This document shows positions 59,012 through 64,000 of a stretch of 64,000 nucleotides of DNA, one piece after another. How positions within the stretch are numbered: position 1 is the first letter of the stretch; every line of letters begins with the position of its first letter. Both the position numbers and the translations under genes were made by a program. Source of the stretch: an uncultured SAR86 cluster bacterium (lineage in GTDB: Bacteria > Pseudomonadota > Gammaproteobacteria > Magnimaribacterales > AG-339-G14); NCBI GenBank assembly GCA_902632605.1, contig CACPDB010000001.1, forward strand, positions 246,693-310,692. The letters run 5' to 3'. The notes under the pieces are model-generated. The model saw only the letters and a list, made by a program, of their open reading frames with translations, was not told where the DNA came from and ran no database searches.

Positions 59012-60616
59012 ATGTTTAATTACAAAAAAACCGTTAAAGAATATGAGGATCTAAAGAATCAAAGTCCTAATATTTATAAAAATATCAACCCTGTATCTGC
59101 TGCAAGAATGAGATTGCAAAATAGATTTCATACTGGTTTAGATATAGCACAATACACAGCTGACATAATGCATGCAGACATGGCTGACTATGATAAAGAT
59201 TCCAGCGTTTACACCCAGTCTTTAGGATGTTGGCATGGCTTTACTGCCCAACAAATGATGATGGAAATTAAACGTTCTCATACAACAACCTCTAAGAGAT
59301 ATGTTTATTTAAGTGGGTGGATGATTGCTGCTTTAAGATCAGAGTTCGGCCCTCTTCCCGATCAAAGTATGCATGAAAAAACTGCAGTTCCTAATTTAAT
59401 TAAAGAGATTTATACCTTCTTAAAGAGAGCTGACTCTGTACAGCTACAACATCTGTTTAATGAACTAGATGAAGCTGAAGCTTCAGGAAATAAAACTGAT
59501 GAAATTATAAAAAGGATTGATAATTTTGAAACTCACGTTGTTCCTATCATTGCAGATATAGATGCTGGATTTGGTAACGAGGAAGCTACTTACCTACTCG
59601 CAAAAAAGATGATTCAAGCTGGTGCTTGTGCTATTCAAATTGAAAATCAAGTATCCGATGAGAAACAATGTGGTCACCAAGATGGAAAAGTAACTGTTCC
59701 GCATGAAGACTTTTTATCTAAAATAAATGCTGTTAGATATGCTTTCTTAGAATTAGGTATCAAAAATGGAATTATTGTTGCAAGAACTGATTCCCTAGGC
59801 GCGGGTTTAACTCAAAAGGTTCCAGTTTCAAAGGAACCTGGAGATCTTGCTGATCAATACAACAGTTTTCTAGAATCTAACGAAATTAACGACTTAAGTC
59901 AGTTAGAAGATAATGATGTAACTATTCATCAGGGAGGAAAACTAGTCCAACCGGTTAGATTGCCTAATGGTTTGTACCAGTTTAAAAAAGATACTGGCTT
60001 TGATCGAGTTGTACTTGATTGCATAACTAGTCTTGAAAATGGAGCTGATCTTTTATGGATTGAAACCGAAAAACCAAATGTACAACAGATTGCTGAAATG
60101 GTATCTGCTATCAGAGAAAAACAACCGCAAGCAAAACTTGTTTACAATAATTCACCTTCTTTTAATTGGACTTTATCCTTTAGAGAACAGGTTTACCAAG
60201 AATGGGTTGAGGCAGGAAAAGATGTTTCAAATTATCCAGATCCTATAAAGGATCCTAAAGGTTTGATGGATGAAAAATTTGATGATTCAGAACTTGCTCT
60301 TGAAGCAGATAAATATATTCAAAATTTTCAAAAAGATGCTTCAAGAGAAGCAGGTATCTTTCATCATTTAATCACTTTGCCTACTTATCATGAAACAGCT
60401 TTGGGTACGTCAGTGCTTTCCGAAGGATACTTTGGAGATAAAGGCATGTTGGCATACGTCAAAGAAATTCAAAGAGAAGAAATAAGACGTGATATGTCTT
60501 CAGTAAAGCATCAGGACTTAGCTGGCTCGACCGTTGGTGACACTCACAAAGAATATTTCTCTGGCGATAATGCTCTTAAAGCAGGCGGAGAAGATAATAC
60601 AATGAATCAATTTTAA
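59012..60616 (+). CDS. aceA: Isocitrate lyase (long, Pseudomonas-type)
   Basis: 'TQSLGCWHG', 'KQCGHQDGK', 'LVYNNSPSFNW'. Start reassigned to ATG 59012 (AAGGGG RBS). Confidence 0.96.
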   Translation: MFNYKKTVKEYEDLKNQSPNIYKNINPVSAARMRLQNRFHTGLDIAQYTADIMHADMADYDKDSSVYTQSLGCWHGFTAQQMMMEIKRSHTTTSKRYVYLSGWMIAALRSEFGPLPDQSMHEKTAVPNLIKEIYTFLKRADSVQLQHLFNELDEAEASGNKTDEIIKRIDNFETHVVPIIADIDAGFGNEEATYLLAKKMIQAGACAIQIENQVSDEKQCGHQDGKVTVPHEDFLSKINAVRYAFLELGIKNGIIVARTDSLGAGLTQKVPVSKEPGDLADQYNSFLESNEINDLSQLEDNDVTIHQGGKLVQPVRLPNGLYQFKKDTGFDRVVLDCITSLENGADLLWIETEKPNVQQIAEMVSAIREKQPQAKLVYNNSPSFNWTLSFREQVYQEWVEAGKDVSNYPDPIKDPKGLMDEKFDDSELALEADKYIQNFQKDASREAGIFHHLITLPTYHETALGTSVLSEGYFGDKGMLAYVKEIQREEIRRDMSSVKHQDLAGSTVGDTHKEYFSGDNALKAGGEDNTMNQF

Positions 60617-60771
60617 TCGACTGTTTTACCGCAAACTTTACAAGTATCACCCTTTTCTAAATAAATCCCTCCACAGCTTGGTTGGAGGGGTTTATTTTTA
60701 AGAATAAGACCTATCGACATTCCCGCTATCGAAAGAATGATAATAAAGATGGCTAATAAGGCAGTAATCAT
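60613..60771 (-). CDS. nqrM: Na+-NQR maturation factor NqrM (DUF539), missed by ORF track
   Basis: 52 aa: MITALLAIFIIILSIAGMSIGLILKNKPLQPSCGGIYLEKGDTCKVCGKTVD; TM plus 'SCGG..CxxC'; directly after apbE. Confidence 0.9.
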   Translation of the reverse strand: MITALLAIFIIILSIAGMSIGLILKNKPLQPSCGGIYLEKGDTCKVCGKTVD

Positions 60772-60775
60772 TTAA

Positions 60776-61624
60776 TTATTGTAACAATTCCTTCCATTGT
60801 TTTGACTCGAAAGATTGTATTTTTTCATTACCTTTGAAGATAAGTAATGCAGGAATATCTTTATCAACAATATTATTTTTAATTAAATTAACGTTTCCAA
60901 GGGCAAATAATCCTGTCGCAAGAGCATCGGCATAGGCAGTAGATTTTTTATCGATTACTGAAATAGAAAGCACATCTTGATCAATTTTATTTCCTCCAAT
61001 TCCAACAATGTGTCCAGGATTTCTATAATTCCCTGATGTAGCAATTGAAAGATTTTGTTTAAATTTAAATGGTTTAAATATATTTTGTTGATTGGTTAAG
61101 GGATTCTCAATTCCAATCTTCCAAAAATTTTTATTTTTCATTCCTTCTGCTCTTATCTCACCACCAATATTTATAAAAAAATTTTTAATATTTAATTCTT
61201 TTAATTTAGAAGAAATAATGTCAACCGCATAACCTTTTGCAACTGCATTAAAATAGTCATAATTTTTAAATAATATAAATCCCCTAGCGGTTTTATTTGC
61301 CTTAAGTGAAATTTTCTTAACCTCTTCGAAATGATTTTTAATTTCTTGTTCAAAAAAGTCAGTATTTTTTATATCTCTTTTCAATGACACTAAGGAATCT
61401 TTTTTGTATGTTGAACAACATTCATTAATAGAAATAAAAATATCATTTATTTCGTCATTAACTTTTTTAAGATTTTGATGAGATTTTTCAAACTTTATAT
61501 CGTAAAACGTGCCAAAAGCTTGACCAGATAATGAGATAAATTCAGTTTCACTAGAACAAGCTGCAAAAAAGAAAAGAAAAAATAATAAAGATCTTTTATA
61601 AATATTAGCTACCAAAATCATCAA
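60776..61624 (-). CDS. apbE: FAD:protein FMN transferase ApbE (internally shortened)
   Basis: Lipobox 'FAAC', 'SGQAFGTFY', 'AKGYAVD', 'NIGGEI', 'IATSGNYR', 'ADALAT'; in the nqr operon. Confidence 0.9.
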   Translation of the reverse strand: MMILVANIYKRSLLFFLFFFAACSSETEFISLSGQAFGTFYDIKFEKSHQNLKKVNDEINDIFISINECCSTYKKDSLVSLKRDIKNTDFFEQEIKNHFEEVKKISLKANKTARGFILFKNYDYFNAVAKGYAVDIISSKLKELNIKNFFINIGGEIRAEGMKNKNFWKIGIENPLTNQQNIFKPFKFKQNLSIATSGNYRNPGHIVGIGGNKIDQDVLSISVIDKKSTAYADALATGLFALGNVNLIKNNIVDKDIPALLIFKGNEKIQSFESKQWKELLQ

Positions 61625-62831
61625 ACATTATATTTTCTGGCTCAACACCTAGACTATCAAGCATTTTAAATGCTGCTGACATCATCATAGGGGGACCACA
61701 AAGATAATATTCACAATCTTCTGGTGAGGGGTGGTGTTGAAGGTATTCGTCATATAAGACATGACTTATGAAACCCGTTAAACCATCCCAGTTATCTTCG
61801 GGCAATGGATCAGACAAAGCTGCATGCCAAGAAAAATTTTCAAAATCGTTTGATAATTTATCGAATTCTTCAACATAAAACATTTCTTTTAGACTTCTTG
61901 CTCCATACCAAAAACTTATTTTTCTTGAAGAGTTAATTCTTAAAAGTTGGTCAAAGATATGGGATCTCATTGGAGCCATACCAGCCCCTCCTCCAATAAA
62001 GACCATTTCAGCATCAGTTTTTTTTGCTTTAAATTCTCCAAAGGGGCCAAAAATAGTTAAATTATCTCCTGGCTTAAGATTGAATAAATAGGAAGAAGCT
62101 TCTCCGGGAGGAACTGACATACCTGGTGGCGGAGAGGCGATTCTAATATTAAATTTCATAATACCTTTTTCTTCAGGATAATTTGCCATTGAATAAGCTC
62201 TAATGACTTCTTCTTTTACTGTAGAGACATTGTTAAACACTTCAAATCTATCCCAATCGGATTTATATTCATCTTGAATATAAAAATCCTTGTAATCAGC
62301 TTGGTAAGGAGGAATTTCCATTTGTACATAACCACCAGCTTCAAATCCAACATCTTCACCTTTTGGAAGTTCGAGTACTAATTCTTTGATAAAGGTGGCA
62401 ACATTATCATTAGATTTAACCGTGGTTTCCCATTTTTTAACACCAAAAACCTCTTCCGGAATAGTTATTTTCATATCGCTTTTAACGGGTACCTGACAAG
62501 AAAGACGCCAGAAATCTTTTTTCTCCTTGTTGTTAAAATGGCTTTCTTCCGTAGATAAAATCGAACCACCTCCATCGAAAACTTGGCAACGACATTGAGA
62601 ACAAGTACCTCCCCCTCCACATGCTGAAGAGAGGAAAAGATTATTTTCTGCTAGCGTTTGTAGTAGTTTCCCACCGGCAGGCACAGTAATTTTTTGAGTG
62701 GGATCATCATTGATTTCAATAGTTACGTCACCGGTAGAGACCAATTGAGACCTTGCCAAAAGAATTATGGCAACCATGACATTTACAATAACCGTAAAAG
62801 ATAAAATACCTAAAACTATCTCAGTAATCAT
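61605..62831 (-). CDS. nqrF: Na+-translocating NADH:quinone reductase subunit F
   Basis: 2Fe-2S '[12 protein letters not shown]', 'RAYSMAN', '[13 protein letters not shown]', 'FDDFGS'. Confidence 0.98.
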   Translation of the reverse strand: MITEIVLGILSFTVIVNVMVAIILLARSQLVSTGDVTIEINDDPTQKITVPAGGKLLQTLAENNLFLSSACGGGGTCSQCRCQVFDGGGSILSTEESHFNNKEKKDFWRLSCQVPVKSDMKITIPEEVFGVKKWETTVKSNDNVATFIKELVLELPKGEDVGFEAGGYVQMEIPPYQADYKDFYIQDEYKSDWDRFEVFNNVSTVKEEVIRAYSMANYPEEKGIMKFNIRIASPPPGMSVPPGEASSYLFNLKPGDNLTIFGPFGEFKAKKTDAEMVFIGGGAGMAPMRSHIFDQLLRINSSRKISFWYGARSLKEMFYVEEFDKLSNDFENFSWHAALSDPLPEDNWDGLTGFISHVLYDEYLQHHPSPEDCEYYLCGPPMMMSAAFKMLDSLGVEPENIMFDDFGS

Positions 62832-63442
62832 TATAAAATGATGCCTCCAAATGACATAAATCCAAAGCTCATCAAACCAACAATTATAAAAGTAGAACCA
62901 AGTCCCTGTAGACCTTCTGGCATATCGCTATATTTTAATTTTTCTCTTATTCCTGCAAGTATTGTGATTGCTAAAGCCCAACCAACTCCTGCACCTAAAC
63001 CATAGGCAACGCTTTCTCCAAAATATAAATCTTTTTCTACCATAAACAGTGATGCTCCTAGGATTGCACAATTAACAGTGATAAGAGGTAGAAATATGCC
63101 TAAGGCGTTATAAAGAACAGGAACATATTTATCTAAAAACATTTCCAAGATTTGTACACAAGCAGCAATCACGCCGATGTAGCTGATTAACCCAACAAAG
63201 CTTAAATCAACATCAGAGAGGCCGGCCCAAGCAAGCGCTCCGTCTCTTAGAATGTAGTTATATATTAAGTTATTAATAGGCACAGTAATTGCCAATACAA
63301 CAATTACAGCAATTCCCAAGCCAATTGCAGCTTCAATTTTTTTAGAAATAGCAATGAAAGTACACATTCCTAAAAACACAGATAAAGCTAGGTTTTCGAT
63401 AAAAATGGCATTGATAAAAATATTTAAATAATTTTCTATCAT
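62831..63442 (-). CDS. nqrE: Na+-NQR subunit E
   Basis: '[14 protein letters not shown]', '[10 protein letters not shown]'. Confidence 0.97.
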   Translation of the reverse strand: MIENYLNIFINAIFIENLALSVFLGMCTFIAISKKIEAAIGLGIAVIVVLAITVPINNLIYNYILRDGALAWAGLSDVDLSFVGLISYIGVIAACVQILEMFLDKYVPVLYNALGIFLPLITVNCAILGASLFMVEKDLYFGESVAYGLGAGVGWALAITILAGIREKLKYSDMPEGLQGLGSTFIIVGLMSFGFMSFGGIIL

Positions 63443-63999
63443 GATGCTACCTTCGAAGAAGGTGTTGGCGGAGGGTTCGGTACGATTTCAGGAGAATTTT
63501 GAGACATTTTAAATTCTGGTTCTTCAATTTGATCCTTTTGCCATGCTCTCAGTGCCCAAATGATCAAACCAATTAATATGAAGGAAACTGGAGGTAGTAA
63601 AAAAAAGTTATTTGGCACATACCATCCACCGTTTTGTACAAGAGGAAAAATTTCATACTCTAAAATTGTTCCGGTACCAAATAACTCTCTAATTGTACCG
63701 AGGACTATCAAAATTACGCTATAACCTAATCCATTACCAAACCCATCAAGAAAGGAAACTCCTGGAGGATTTTGCATTGCAAAAGCTTCAGCTCTCCCCA
63801 TGACAATACAATTGGTAATTATCAAACCGACAAACACAGATAAAGTCTTGCTTGTTTCGTAGTCATAAGCCTTTAATGCTTGGTCAACCAAGATAACTAA
63901 AGAAGAAATAATTGTCATTTGTACAATAATTCTTATATTCGATGGAGTTATGTTCCTTATCATAGAAATAAAGAAATTAGATAAGCTGACAGTAACTGT
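63439..63999 (-). CDS. nqrD: Na+-NQR subunit D (5'-partial, runs off the window)
   Basis: Frame is open to the edge ([16 protein letters not shown]...); '[17 protein letters not shown]'. Confidence 0.96.
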   Translation of the reverse strand, partial: TVTVSLSNFFISMIRNITPSNIRIIVQMTIISSLVILVDQALKAYDYETSKTLSVFVGLIITNCIVMGRAEAFAMQNPPGVSFLDGFGNGLGYSVILIVLGTIRELFGTGTILEYEIFPLVQNGGWYVPNNFFLLPPVSFILIGLIIWALRAWQKDQIEEPEFKMSQNSPEIVPNPPPTPSSKVAS

Positions 64000-64000
64000 T

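Noticed and set aside
452-60248. Many 60-110 aa ORFs in the track that overlap larger genes (e.g. 452-670, 3142-3411, 10081-10320, 18307-18555, 32816-33106, 48475-48804, 51201-51434)
   Set aside because: Antisense or off-frame shadows of confident genes, with no motifs or RBS.
63987-64000. TGACAGTAACTGT resembling the TetR operator
   Set aside because: Inside nqrD, wrong spacing, truncated by the window edge.

Overview
AT-rich, extremely compact bacterial chromosome segment. Most genes abut or overlap, and many core proteins are shortened. Gene content and Pseudomonas-like synteny point to a streamlined marine gammaproteobacterium such as the SAR86 clade (inference). In order, the window holds: the end of a type II secretion operon (gspJ-N) running into hydrolases, TSUP, pdxJ, grxD and argG; fabD with an aromatic monooxygenase/dioxygenase/SDR trio; a split metG; mlaA; nhaB-dusA-terB; nudC; rne; a reduced rluC-rpmF-fabG-acpP-fabF-mltG-tmk-holB cluster; an AGCS symporter; oligopeptidase B; and an orphan wzc-wza pair. 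Next is an accessory region (about 38.7-52.4 kb) with a TetR switch, three haloalkane-dehalogenase-family genes, a GST, an NMO-like flavoprotein, two secreted proteins, and a cassette of a 35-aa membrane peptide, a small lipoprotein and a 984-aa secreted protein. The window ends with infA-clpAS-icd-mnmA-purB-aceA and the end of the nqr operon (nqrD-E-F-apbE plus an nqrM that the ORF track missed). I saw no rRNA, tRNA, CRISPR array, integrase or transposase. Best leads: the uncharacterised surface-protein cassette, the triple-dehalogenase island with a readable TetR operator, RNase E lacking its Zn-link, the split MetRS, and symmetric bidirectional promoters. All calls come from motif recognition by eye; no searches were run.
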